The translations under genes and the position numbers were made by a program. Below the pieces are notes generated by a model. That model was not told the DNA's origin and ran no database searches. It saw only the letters and a program-made list of their open reading frames with translations. Shown piece by piece: positions 41,394-50,770 of a stretch of 64,000 bases of DNA. The stretch is taken from the IMG/VR virus record IMGVR_UViG_2595698964_000001, positions 64,001 to 128,000 of that record. The stretch is one strand, 5' to 3'. This stretch comes from a virus. Its lineage: Duplodnaviria > Caudoviricetes. Each line of letters starts with the position of its first letter. The stretch's first letter is position 1.

Positions 41394-42383
41394 ATGAGTG
41401 TTGAAAAAGAATATACAGCAGCTGACTGGTCGGCGCACGAAGATGAGTTTACCCAGATGTTTTATAATCAAAATGTGAAGCAATTCTGGCTCCCGGAAGA
41501 AATCTCTTTAAATGGTGACTTGTTAACTTGGAAATACCTCGGAAAGAATGAACAAGACACATATATGAAGGTACTAGCGGGACTAACTCTCCTTGACACA
41601 GAACAAGGGAACACGGGGATGCCTATTATCCAATCCCACGTTGAAGGACACCAAAGAAAAGCTGTTCTAAACTTTATGGCAATGATGGAAAACGCTGTCC
41701 ACGCGAAGTCATATTCAAATATCTTTATGACACTCGCCCCTACGGAGACCATCAAAGAGGTGTTCAACTGGGTTAAGACAAACCCATACCTACAGAAGAA
41801 AGCGAAAACGATTGTAGGGCTCTATGAAAATATTAGGGCTAATGATGAGTTGTCTCTTTATAAAGCCATGGTTGCCTCAGTATACTTAGAAAGCTTTCTA
41901 TTTTATAGCGGCTTCTACTACCCGTTGTATTTCTACGGACAAGGCAAACTAATGCAAAGCGGAGAGATTATTAACCTTATTATAAGAGACGAAGCGATAC
42001 ATGGTGTATATGTAGGATTACTAGCGCAAGAGATTTTTAATAAACAACCAGACGAAATTAAGCATAAGCTTAAGACGTTCGCTATGAATCTACTTGAAGA
42101 ACTATACCAAAACGAGGTAGGATATACTGAAGACCTCTATGCAAGCGTTGGGTTAGCGCATGATGTTAAAAAGTTTATTCGATATAATGCAGACAAAGCC
42201 TTAATGAACTTAGGATTCGAACCGATCTATAACGAAGAGGACATTAATCCGATTGTCCTTAATGGGCTTGACACAAAGACCAAGTCTCACGATTTCTTCT
42301 CTATGAAAGGGAACGGGTACAAGAAAGCGAACGTGGAAGAGCTTCGCGACTCTGATTTCTATTTTGACGCTAATGAGAATTAA
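41394..42383 (+). CDS. nrdF: class Ib ribonucleotide reductase beta subunit (alternative in-frame start at 41280)
   Basis: [34 protein letters not shown] and [11 protein letters not shown]; RBS GAGGAGG before 41394. Confidence 0.95.
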   Translation: MSVEKEYTAADWSAHEDEFTQMFYNQNVKQFWLPEEISLNGDLLTWKYLGKNEQDTYMKVLAGLTLLDTEQGNTGMPIIQSHVEGHQRKAVLNFMAMMENAVHAKSYSNIFMTLAPTETIKEVFNWVKTNPYLQKKAKTIVGLYENIRANDELSLYKAMVASVYLESFLFYSGFYYPLYFYGQGKLMQSGEIINLIIRDEAIHGVYVGLLAQEIFNKQPDEIKHKLKTFAMNLLEELYQNEVGYTEDLYASVGLAHDVKKFIRYNADKALMNLGFEPIYNEEDINPIVLNGLDTKTKSHDFFSMKGNGYKKANVEELRDSDFYFDANEN

Positions 42384-42456
42384 GATAACTTTAAACTAAC
42401 AGTAATCAAAGTTTAAGCTGTTGTTTATTGAAGTTTAATTGATTGTTAAGCTAAAT

Positions 42457-42493
42457 TTAAGGGACAAGCAAGTAGCTTGTCCCTTAATTTTTT
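42457..42493 (+). terminator. strong intrinsic terminator
   Basis: TTAAGGGACAAGC/GCTTGTCCCTTAA followed by T6. Confidence 0.9.
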
Positions 42494-42513
42494 AAATATT
42501 TTTGAAATAGAGG

Positions 42514-42542
42514 TTGTCTTTTTGTCAGCTTTAGCTTATACT
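42514..42542 (+). promoter_or_regulatory. sigma-A promoter
   Basis: TTGTCT-17-TATACT with AT-rich upstream region. Confidence 0.75.
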
Positions 42543-42599
42543 AAGAGGTGTCGAAAGAAGCTGGACTCACTTAACTGGTGAACTTTTTGAAAAAAGTTG

Positions 42600-42628
42600 T
42601 TGTATTTTTAAATTATACATAGTATAAT
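42600..42628 (+). promoter_or_regulatory. sigma-A promoter
   Basis: TTGTAT-17-TATAAT with A/T tracts upstream. Confidence 0.8.
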
Positions 42629-42691
42629 TTAACTTGTAAGGAAAACCACTAGACAACAGTCTAAATCAAATCGAGTTATAAAAGGAGAGAT

Positions 42692-43354
42692 TTGACAATG
42701 AAAACAGTATTTGTACTTAAAGACGAGAAATTGAAATTCCCAAGTATGCTACAAGTAGCGAAACACCTCGGAAAAAGTCGAATTTACCGCAAAGACTTCG
42801 AACGCTTCAACATCGAGGAGATGACAGAGGAAGAATTTGAGACGTTCCTTGCTACGGAAGACAAGGACGAGCTTTCTGAGACTGTCAAGGCGGAGGAAGT
42901 AGCAGAGGAGATTGTTGAACCTTCTGTAACGGAATCCGTTGTTGAAGTTGAGTCGAAAAACGACGAAACTCCAGAAGTCGCCAACAAAGATGTTGAAGAC
43001 ATTGAAATCCCGTCTTTTAACGACATAGTTGAATTCTCAGAGGCTATGAAGTCCCTCGGAGGGAAAAAGATAATCGCTCTGGCCAAAAAACTGGACTTGG
43101 AATGGAAAGAGCACGATAAGTTATCTGTTCAAACGATGCGTGCTAGTATCGCATTACGTAAACACTTTTTTCCCGGACAGCGTAGACCTAAGAGAAAGAA
43201 ATCACCTTGGAAAAGAATCCCATATCAAGACCTCAAAAAGCTTGCTTTGGAGAATAATCTTACTTGGACAGAGACAGAAGATGAGCGTATCAATCGTATG
43301 TGGGTTATTAACGCCTTGAAGCGTGCGGGTGTTGAGGCTCCTCCTAAAAAATAA
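42692..43354 (+). CDS. early protein: NUMOD1-like HTH, acidic linker, two helical repeats
   Basis: RBS AAAGGAG; F.S..QVAKHLG; two ungapped 33-aa repeats. Confidence 0.65.
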   Translation: MTMKTVFVLKDEKLKFPSMLQVAKHLGKSRIYRKDFERFNIEEMTEEEFETFLATEDKDELSETVKAEEVAEEIVEPSVTESVVEVESKNDETPEVANKDVEDIEIPSFNDIVEFSEAMKSLGGKKIIALAKKLDLEWKEHDKLSVQTMRASIALRKHFFPGQRRPKRKKSPWKRIPYQDLKKLALENNLTWTETEDERINRMWVINALKRAGVEAPPKK

Positions 43355-43435
43355 ACATAAAAGGGGAGTAAAGATTGGTAAGTTGGTCTTTGTTTAAAAA
43401 GTAAGAGTATATTCTAAAATTGGAGGAATCTTGTT

Positions 43436-43645
43436 ATGGCTTGGAAAAACGAAACAACAATATACTTAATTATGTGGAAGAGTTCAGTGACGGGTGCGAC
43501 TCTTTCCGACATCAAGAAGTCTAAGGCGGGGAAAGATAGATTCATAGAAATGCTTGAATTTATAGGTGTTGACATGAATACTGTTAAAGTTGTAGAACAA
43601 GAAAAACCGTATAAGTACGTGCCGAAGAAGGAGAGAGCAAAATGA
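43436..43645 (+). CDS. hypothetical protein
   Basis: RBS GGAGG. Confidence 0.6.
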   Translation: MAWKNETTIYLIMWKSSVTGATLSDIKKSKAGKDRFIEMLEFIGVDMNTVKVVEQEKPYKYVPKKERAK

Positions 43646-44028
43646 ATAGACAACAGATGGAGAAAATTATAATGACGCTCTCTCAAGGTCAAGCAAAGTA
43701 CGGGTTACACGCGTTAGCTAGCGCTATTGCGGGAGAGTACGGTGTTTCAACTAATGTTATACTCGATATATACAACGAGTATGTAGGACAACCGAAAGTC
43801 GACCAAAGTCGACTTGAGGACGAAAACCCAATGTCACGATTTGCTAAGGCTGTTGTAGAAGAAATCAGAAATAACGAAACCAGAATGCTAGCGTTGGAGC
43901 AAGAGAATGCTATACTTCGTAGGGAAGTTAATTTTTATCTTGAAGAGACGCGGCGCTTAAGAAAGATGGTGGATGACCGTGACAATCTTATCCGAGAACG
44001 AATTTTCCGCGAGAGTTCAAGTCTCTGA
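43642..44028 (+). CDS. hypothetical coiled-coil protein
   Basis: RBS AAGGAG; overlaps upstream stop codon. Confidence 0.6.
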   Translation: MNRQQMEKIIMTLSQGQAKYGLHALASAIAGEYGVSTNVILDIYNEYVGQPKVDQSRLEDENPMSRFAKAVVEEIRNNETRMLALEQENAILRREVNFYLEETRRLRKMVDDRDNLIRERIFRESSSL

Positions 44029-44209
44029 GGGTTCTCCCTTAGAGCTCGAGCTCACCTATGATACTGGGACGATTGTGTTGATTAATGGCGACGGAGAGGA
44101 AGTCCCGGCTGTGGAACTACTACGTGCTGTTAAAAGGCTTAATAAGCTTCTAAATAAAAGACAACGAGAGAACAGCCTTGATGAGGCGTTCTTGATGGAG
44201 GATGAGTGA
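43973..44209 (+). CDS. hypothetical protein
   Basis: Fills the gap and is coupled to the next gene. Confidence 0.5.
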   Translation: MTVTILSENEFSARVQVSEGSPLELELTYDTGTIVLINGDGEEVPAVELLRAVKRLNKLLNKRQRENSLDEAFLMEDE

Positions 44210-44454
44210 AAATGGCTAAAGACTACAACAACTTTAAGATTAAAGAGGACTTGTTGTTTATTGAGAAGTCTCCTACGCAAGCTATTCGTGTAGCTATCGT
44301 AGATAGAGATGGTAAGGATTATGTTTCTTGTCAGAAATGGTGGAGACGTTCTTCTGATGAGGAATGGATTCCAGGAAAAGGATTACAACTTAACAAGGAG
44401 GACACAAAATCGTTTATTGAAGCTCTCAGCGAAGCTGTAGAGAAACTCAACTAA
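44206..44454 (+). CDS. PC4/YdbC-like ssDNA-binding protein
   Basis: GKDYVSCQKWW....EWIPGKGLQL matches the PC4 pattern. Confidence 0.75.
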   Translation: MKMAKDYNNFKIKEDLLFIEKSPTQAIRVAIVDRDGKDYVSCQKWWRRSSDEEWIPGKGLQLNKEDTKSFIEALSEAVEKLN

Positions 44455-44487
44455 AACTAAATATTTATAAGATGGGGGTCTATTAAC

Positions 44488-45126
44488 TTGGAAAAAACTT
44501 TAACTTGGGATAGCGTGTTGGAGCAATATCAGAATTTGGTGAAATATGCGGCTAAAAAGACCTATAATGAAGTGGCTGCTAATGTTGGTGTCGATAACTC
44601 TTTGGGAGCGGATGACTTATATCAAGTTGGGTTGGTTAATCTGTATGACTGTTGGGTACGTTATAACCACCTATCTGAAGAAGAGTTCAAAGCGGTATTC
44701 TCAAAGTCTCTCTTCCGTTGTGTTCGGAAACATTGCGCGGCGTCTACAGCGGGTGACATTGAGTCTGTTGAGTATATGCTTGAAGATACCTCTCAAAGTA
44801 GTGACATTGATGCGTTAGAAGAACAACGGGAGCTCTATGAAGAAATTGAAGAGCTTAAAGACTTGGTTGAAAACGACCTAGCTCGTGCGATCATTTCTGA
44901 GATTGTTGCTCCATCCCCAAGAACTCTATACACGATTTGGGCGAGTAAAGCTAGAAAAAAGTGCTTAAAGGGTCAGGGTTACAAGGTTAACGTCCCCAAG
45001 AAAAACGAACTTACTCTGACTCATATTAAGACCTCATTAGGCGTGACTAGTAAACAATTTGATGTAGCATTAAGAGAGATTAGAAGAGTAGCAAAATTTA
45101 CAATGGGAGAGTATTTACCTTGTTAA
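44488..45126 (+). CDS. phage sigma factor (candidate middle sigma)
   Basis: Region 2-like YQNLVKYAAKK..DDLYQVGLVNLYDC..Y; C-terminal HTH-like segment; in a sigA-driven operon. Confidence 0.75.
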   Translation: MEKTLTWDSVLEQYQNLVKYAAKKTYNEVAANVGVDNSLGADDLYQVGLVNLYDCWVRYNHLSEEEFKAVFSKSLFRCVRKHCAASTAGDIESVEYMLEDTSQSSDIDALEEQRELYEEIEELKDLVENDLARAIISEIVAPSPRTLYTIWASKARKKCLKGQGYKVNVPKKNELTLTHIKTSLGVTSKQFDVALREIRRVAKFTMGEYLPC

Positions 45127-45635
45127 ACGTTAATCCCAAACTCTTACAACAGTTAGAAGAATCAGCTTGTTTTGGTCACGCGTATGAAGAGGGTTGTAAG
45201 GAATGTGGTTTGTGCCAACAACGTGTAGAGTGTTCTGCTAAAACGAAAACTAACAGTGTATTTGATGAACTCAAGATTTTAAGCCCAGAATCCAACGAAG
45301 CGCTGTTGGCTTTCCGAACTAAGCGGAACAAACGAAAAAATAAAGAAGACACGTTATCTAGCGAAGAGTCAGTTGAGTTGAGTGTAGTAGAGCCAAGTAA
45401 AGTAGAGTCCGAGAAATCTAAGAAAAAGACTAGAAAAGAATCAAGGAAAGAACGAAGAGCGAGGAAGAAAGCAGAACTTCCTCCCGATTTTCCTAATACG
45501 AAGGAGATGTCTTGCGACGACCTATGGAAGTTGTTGGAGGAACGCGGAGGAGAATGTAAAGTATTTGAAGACAAAAAGATTCAAAAAATGCGGCTTATTA
45601 TGGCTCTTAAAAAGACATATAACATAGGGAAGTAA
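45120..45635 (+). CDS. zinc-binding basic protein next to sigma factor (SPO1 gp27-like by position)
   Basis: CFG..C..C..C...C N-terminus; C-terminal helical domain shared with the 42692 protein. Confidence 0.6.
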   Translation: MLNVNPKLLQQLEESACFGHAYEEGCKECGLCQQRVECSAKTKTNSVFDELKILSPESNEALLAFRTKRNKRKNKEDTLSSEESVELSVVEPSKVESEKSKKKTRKESRKERRARKKAELPPDFPNTKEMSCDDLWKLLEERGGECKVFEDKKIQKMRLIMALKKTYNIGK

Positions 45636-45647
45636 GAAGGGAGAAGT

Positions 45648-48341
45648 TTGATGGCTTTTAATGCGATTGAGGCAGAAAACTGTTGGGACGCTTACATGAA
45701 AACGTTGAAGTTGTTGCTAGACAACAACTTTGACGCTAGAAATGTGTTTTTGCAGATCAACAACACTGAGGACAACTACGTAACCTTTATGCCGCACGAT
45801 ACCGACCCCTTGTTTTGGTATCTGCGTGTGAACTCAGACACTATTGAAGGCGAACTTGGAATAGGTGTCGGTCTTGACGTTCGTTATGACGCAAGACGGA
45901 TGTCAAGAGTAAAAGGTCATGGAACAGCTGATTGGTCGTATCGCGGGGAAACTGGAAGAGCTCCGGAAGACCCTACGTTTTTGAATGTTCTTATGGAAGA
46001 GGATGAAATCTTTCCAAACGCGAGTTATCAAGCAAACACACGAGTTGGAGGAAGAGGACAACTACATGCTGTTAAAGACTTGCTAATGATGGACAAAGGT
46101 AGCGATAAAGGTATTGTAACTTTTTGGCATTACCAACGCGACCTCCTAGAGTATACTAGACGTAAGTATTTAAGTAAAAAGATTATGGGAGACAAGAAGT
46201 GGAGTGATTCTCAGCATCAGCGGATTCCTTGTCCTACAACTTGGCATTTCTCTTATACGCCGGACGGGGTAACGAATAACGTGTATAGTCGCTCTTTGAT
46301 TTGGGATGGACATATTTATGATGACATGTTTCGATTCCCTGAGCCAGCTAAATGGATTGGAGGACACCTTAAAAAATCGTCTTCTGTTGCTACGTTTACA
46401 ATTAGACGTCTTTGGCAGAAAAACTTTGGTAACGCTAAAGAACGTTGGAGAAGTCATTATGATTACTGGTCAAATCATAAATGGATCAAAGACTATTTTG
46501 AACCAAGACAATTTGAGATATTCAAGAGCGCTGATGAGTTTGAGCTCGAATGGATGACAAAAGAGCTTGCGGAGCAAGATTACCGCCTAGGAGCTTTTGA
46601 AGATGGTGATCGGAAGCTTAAGAAACTTCAATCTCAGTATTACCGTGAATGGGTCAAAGCTATGAAGGTTGCGGATATGACAATTGCTCATAGGGTTCTT
46701 GGTCAGATGTTACAAAAAGGTATTGTTTCACGACCTACAAAACGAGCACTTGATTATGTAGACGCTTATACGTTAAAGCAAGCGATACTTGACATTGATG
46801 GGATTTTCCGAGTACAATGCGTACAGTGGGTTGTAAACTACATGTTACGAAGTGGAGACCCGTCTATGAACTATAAAGAGATTCTTGAAATCTTACCTGA
46901 GGAACTTCAAGAGCTCGTTCTTGTAGCCTCTTTGGGGAAAGTTAACAAGGTAGAAAAAGAGGGGATACTTTCCAAGATAAGTCCTGAAGTCTTAGCTATC
47001 TCTGACTATAACGATCTTGTTATCTCAACTAAACCTGTAACGACAACAATCAATCCTACACCGTCTTCAATACCAATACGTGTAGATACTTCTGAGGAAG
47101 AGAGAGAAGAACCCGAGGACATAGAAGAGGTTGAGGAAGTTGAGGACAAAGCTTCTTCAGAAGAAGACGTCTCAAAATCAATATCTAAGATTATTGCATC
47201 AAACTATTCTGCTTTTACTGGCATGCTTAATAGCGAGGATGGTGTTAATAACTCCGACGACGAAGATGACGACGAAGACGACTTTGATGTTACAGACGAC
47301 GTTGATCCTGAACAATCTCTCGAAGATATGGTAAACTCTGTTGTAAATAATGGTACAGATTTAGACTTTGAGGATGAAGATGAAGAGGTTGAAACGGAAA
47401 GTAAACAACCTTCTAAACAGAGTGACGAGACTAACGTTGAGAGCGGCGAAGTTCTTCCTGTCGAGGGTATGTCTTTTGCGGAACTTTTAAAACTACAACT
47501 AGAAAACGAAAAAGAGGGGAAACCTACTGATGATGTTCCTACAACAGAAGAACCCGAAGTTGTTGAAGAGGAGGATGAAGACGTGCGTAAGCCGATTGTA
47601 GTCGATGGAGATAAACCAAACGTGTTCATCGCAGCTCCTTATGGAGGTTCAAGAGTTGACAAAACGCTTGGAGATCAGATCAATAAGGCTGCGGAGAATA
47701 TAGACTATGTTTATTTCCCATTAGAGCCGTTCCATTATCGCGAGGTAAAAAGACATGGTACACAACTCGCTGTTGATGCTTGCGTGTCTAACGACATCCC
47801 TATGATAATGGAGACTCGCAAAGTAGTACCTGAATGGGCCATAGAGGCTTTAGCTAAACATAAGGATAGTGAACTCAGAGTACATCTAAACACTATGGAT
47901 GATAATAAGTGGAAAACATTATACCCTAACAAAAAAGCAGACTCTCCGACAGCATTAATCAAGTCGTTCATTGACAGCTTTCAAGGAGTTGTGCACACTG
48001 TACTAAAAATATCCCCTATTGTGCCGGGGATCATAACCAAGAAGGATGTTCTTGACGTTATTGAGAAAATTCGAAATTGGACACCAACGGTTCAGATTGG
48101 GTTTGCCTCCTTTACGGAAGACGAGTACGAAGCTTTGGATGGACTACTCGGAGACAAGGTTGACAAAGTCAAAAAATACTATTACAAAAAAGAAGGTAAA
48201 TGGTTCGTTTCCGACGAATACAGAGAAGAGTTCCTTGGTTTTGTAAAAGAATTTTTGACTGGTTCGAAAATAAAACTTGAGGTGATGACGGAAGCAGTCT
48301 TTGACGGCGAGGATGTCTCAACTATAAAAATAGAGGATTGA
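45648..48341 (+). CDS. divergent thymidylate-synthase-fold domain + acidic linker + degenerate radical-SAM/SPL-like domain
   Basis: QL..V..L..D..S, RIPC and VYSRS align with the 50827 hydroxymethylase; C-terminal EPF..E..T, NT.DD..W..L.P..A.SP and ISPIVPGI without CxxxCxxC. Confidence 0.65.
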   Translation: MMAFNAIEAENCWDAYMKTLKLLLDNNFDARNVFLQINNTEDNYVTFMPHDTDPLFWYLRVNSDTIEGELGIGVGLDVRYDARRMSRVKGHGTADWSYRGETGRAPEDPTFLNVLMEEDEIFPNASYQANTRVGGRGQLHAVKDLLMMDKGSDKGIVTFWHYQRDLLEYTRRKYLSKKIMGDKKWSDSQHQRIPCPTTWHFSYTPDGVTNNVYSRSLIWDGHIYDDMFRFPEPAKWIGGHLKKSSSVATFTIRRLWQKNFGNAKERWRSHYDYWSNHKWIKDYFEPRQFEIFKSADEFELEWMTKELAEQDYRLGAFEDGDRKLKKLQSQYYREWVKAMKVADMTIAHRVLGQMLQKGIVSRPTKRALDYVDAYTLKQAILDIDGIFRVQCVQWVVNYMLRSGDPSMNYKEILEILPEELQELVLVASLGKVNKVEKEGILSKISPEVLAISDYNDLVISTKPVTTTINPTPSSIPIRVDTSEEEREEPEDIEEVEEVEDKASSEEDVSKSISKIIASNYSAFTGMLNSEDGVNNSDDEDDDEDDFDVTDDVDPEQSLEDMVNSVVNNGTDLDFEDEDEEVETESKQPSKQSDETNVESGEVLPVEGMSFAELLKLQLENEKEGKPTDDVPTTEEPEVVEEEDEDVRKPIVVDGDKPNVFIAAPYGGSRVDKTLGDQINKAAENIDYVYFPLEPFHYREVKRHGTQLAVDACVSNDIPMIMETRKVVPEWAIEALAKHKDSELRVHLNTMDDNKWKTLYPNKKADSPTALIKSFIDSFQGVVHTVLKISPIVPGIITKKDVLDVIEKIRNWTPTVQIGFASFTEDEYEALDGLLGDKVDKVKKYYYKKEGKWFVSDEYREEFLGFVKEFLTGSKIKLEVMTEAVFDGEDVSTIKIED

Positions 48342-48381
48342 TTTTTCAATCCTCTTCTTTATTTATCTTGGAGGTGCGTTT

Positions 48382-50295
48382 ATGAAGACAAAAGAAGAAT
48401 TTCATAGAATTGAAATATCAAAGTTTACCGAAGACCTTAGAGAAGCTTTTGGTTACAAGATACAATATAGACAAGACCTTGTTCTTGTTAACATAAGAGG
48501 TTGTAATGGTGCTGGTAAATCTACTGTACCAATGCAAATGCTACAGACTGATCCTGGCGCGTTTATGTTGACACTAGATGGGAAAGATAAGGCAACAGTA
48601 TTTCCGTCTTATGGTTTTGTGGCTATGGGGAGGTACTTTAGTAAAACAGGAGGTCTTGATGGTTTTAAAAATAACGAAGAAACTCTTAAGGTACTTAAAT
48701 TGTTATGGGAGTTGCCTTTTTCGATTATTATGGAGGGTGTAATCTCTTCCACGATATTCTCAACTTACTGCGATCTGTTTAAGGAGCTCGAACAAAGAAA
48801 TAATCCAAAACGGGCGGTCGGTGTGTTGAACTTACTTCCCCCTTTCGAAGTCTGTCTAGAACGGATAAAAAAGAGAACGCCTGAAAAGTTTGATTCCATC
48901 AAGAAAGACCAGATAGAAGGTAAATGGCGAACAGTTAACAGGAACGCTCAAAAGTTTAGAGACGCCGGAGTAACTAGTTGGGATGAGGATAACTCTGTAA
49001 TAGACATTAATGATACTGTTAGCTGGTTTTTCAGTTCGATTAAAAACAATTTACAGCCTGAATTTACGGGTTTAAGGTTAGGGGTTAGATTTCCTACAGA
49101 GGAACCTGTAAAAGCTCTTAAAAAGGCTGAGAAAGGGGTTAAAAGAGGTAAGAAAGGGAGGAAAACTAGTCCCGTAGCTAAAACCTTAGATGACAACGGA
49201 GATGGGGCGTTTCTTCGCTCGTTAAAACGCGAGATAAGACCTCACTGGGATCCCAAATATTTAAACACTCCAGACGACAACGTTAGACTAAGACGAGACC
49301 CTGAGACAGGTCAAACTTTATGGGACATGTATTTTATAAACTTAGTCGAGAGACAGAACATATGGTACAGACGGGTTATACAAGGAAAGTCAAAACCTTG
49401 GACTGATGACCCTGTTATGTCAACGTACCACTTTACCAATGTTGACAGACGTCTTGACAGAGTGACCTTACATTACATCGACAAAGTTCTTTGTAATCTA
49501 GAGGACTCATATGAATCTAAGAAGTTTTTATTGTTAAACACTTTTATCTACAGGTTGTTCGTACGTCCTGAAACGACAGACGCTATGGGTTATATCTTCC
49601 CCGAGACTTTTGAAGAAGATTGGGAAAGAGCTAAGGCAGCATTGAGAGCTCGTCGCGAGTCAGGAGAACCTGTGTTTACCGACGCGTATTTTGTAAATGA
49701 CCTGAAATCAGCCAATCCAGATAGAGCTAACAGCAGTAACAAGACAGAGAATGCGATTCACTTGATTCAATTTATAATTGATCATCTTGACGAATTAGCT
49801 GAGTTCACGTTTAATCCTAAAAACAGCATGGAAGAAGTAATCGAGAAGTTTACGATGATACCAGCAGTAGGTAACTTTAATGCATACGAGGTTGCGCTGG
49901 ACTTAGGTATTGTAAAAGAGATGACAGGAATTGACTTTGTAGACTGGACGCCAGATCACTACGCAAACGTTGGCCCAGGTTGTAAGAAAGGTATCGAATA
50001 TGTATTCGAAGACTTAGGTAATATGTCTCATTTAGACATCGTTTTCTTTATAACCAGTGTGTACAAAGGAGAATTAGAACGACTAGGACTTGAGTACAAA
50101 TACCAAGAAGGTTGTAAGGAGCTCGATCTGAGGGCGCTTGAAGGTTGGTGTTGCGAGATGTCAAAATATTTCAATTACTACGCAACAGAGCGAGGATACG
50201 ACTGGGCAAAAGGGAAACGTCCTAAAAAGAAAATGAACCTGAGGACAGATGATGTAAGCTACCTTAATCCAAGAATAAGTAACCTTGTAAAATAA
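48382..50295 (+). CDS. 5-hmU DNA kinase fused to alpha-glutamyl/putrescinyl thymine pyrophosphorylase clade 1 (amino acid:DNA transferase)
   Basis: N-terminal NIRGCNGAGKST..IIMEG; C-terminal ERQNIW..PWTDDP..YHFTNV.R..D, G.F.AYE...D, GPG and CE..KY. Confidence 0.88.
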   Translation: MKTKEEFHRIEISKFTEDLREAFGYKIQYRQDLVLVNIRGCNGAGKSTVPMQMLQTDPGAFMLTLDGKDKATVFPSYGFVAMGRYFSKTGGLDGFKNNEETLKVLKLLWELPFSIIMEGVISSTIFSTYCDLFKELEQRNNPKRAVGVLNLLPPFEVCLERIKKRTPEKFDSIKKDQIEGKWRTVNRNAQKFRDAGVTSWDEDNSVIDINDTVSWFFSSIKNNLQPEFTGLRLGVRFPTEEPVKALKKAEKGVKRGKKGRKTSPVAKTLDDNGDGAFLRSLKREIRPHWDPKYLNTPDDNVRLRRDPETGQTLWDMYFINLVERQNIWYRRVIQGKSKPWTDDPVMSTYHFTNVDRRLDRVTLHYIDKVLCNLEDSYESKKFLLLNTFIYRLFVRPETTDAMGYIFPETFEEDWERAKAALRARRESGEPVFTDAYFVNDLKSANPDRANSSNKTENAIHLIQFIIDHLDELAEFTFNPKNSMEEVIEKFTMIPAVGNFNAYEVALDLGIVKEMTGIDFVDWTPDHYANVGPGCKKGIEYVFEDLGNMSHLDIVFFITSVYKGELERLGLEYKYQEGCKELDLRALEGWCCEMSKYFNYYATERGYDWAKGKRPKKKMNLRTDDVSYLNPRISNLVK

Positions 50296-50322
50296 AAGAA
50301 GAGCCCTATAAGGGGCTCTTTT
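50294..50322. terminator. bidirectional terminator
   Basis: A-run, AAGAGCCC/GGGCTCTT stem, T-run, between convergent genes. Confidence 0.85.
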
Positions 50323-50323
50323 G

Positions 50324-50692
50324 TTATGCGGACGGTGCTGCTGCGTCTTCTAACGCTTTTACTCTTGCTGCGAGTGCTGTGTAGTCTGATTTTAACTTAC
50401 TAATATCAGACTTCGCTGTTGTAACATCGCTCTTAAGAGTAGCTACATCAGACTTAAGTGTTGTAACATCTGACTTCAAAGTGCCGATGTCTGTTTTGTT
50501 TTTACTAACATCTGACTTTACAGTGTTTAGTGTTGAAGTCGTACTTGTTAACGTTTGTTCTAATCCATTTACTTTTGTCTCCAACGCCTCCAAGTCACCT
50601 TCTACTGGATCAGAGCTTTGTTTCTCAACGTCTGTTGCGCTGATCTTAAAAGCTGTTCCGAGCCCCGGAATATACTTTCTTGCGTCTTGCAT
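50324..50692 (-). CDS. heptad-repeat coiled-coil protein
   Basis: ATG 50692 with RBS AAGGAAGGGG; (TLKSDVT)n repeats ending in LAARVKALE. Confidence 0.75.
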   Translation of the reverse strand: MQDARKYIPGLGTAFKISATDVEKQSSDPVEGDLEALETKVNGLEQTLTSTTSTLNTVKSDVSKNKTDIGTLKSDVTTLKSDVATLKSDVTTAKSDISKLKSDYTALAARVKALEDAAAPSA

Positions 50693-50770
50693 AATAACAT
50701 CCCCTTCCTTGATTTTCCTGTACCATAATAACTGTCTTTTTACATTCAATGATGTTTTACATAAAAGGCG

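Noticed and set aside
42384-42456. Weak inverted repeats after nrdF
   Set aside because: AT-rich with several mutually exclusive short pairings; not distinguishable from chance
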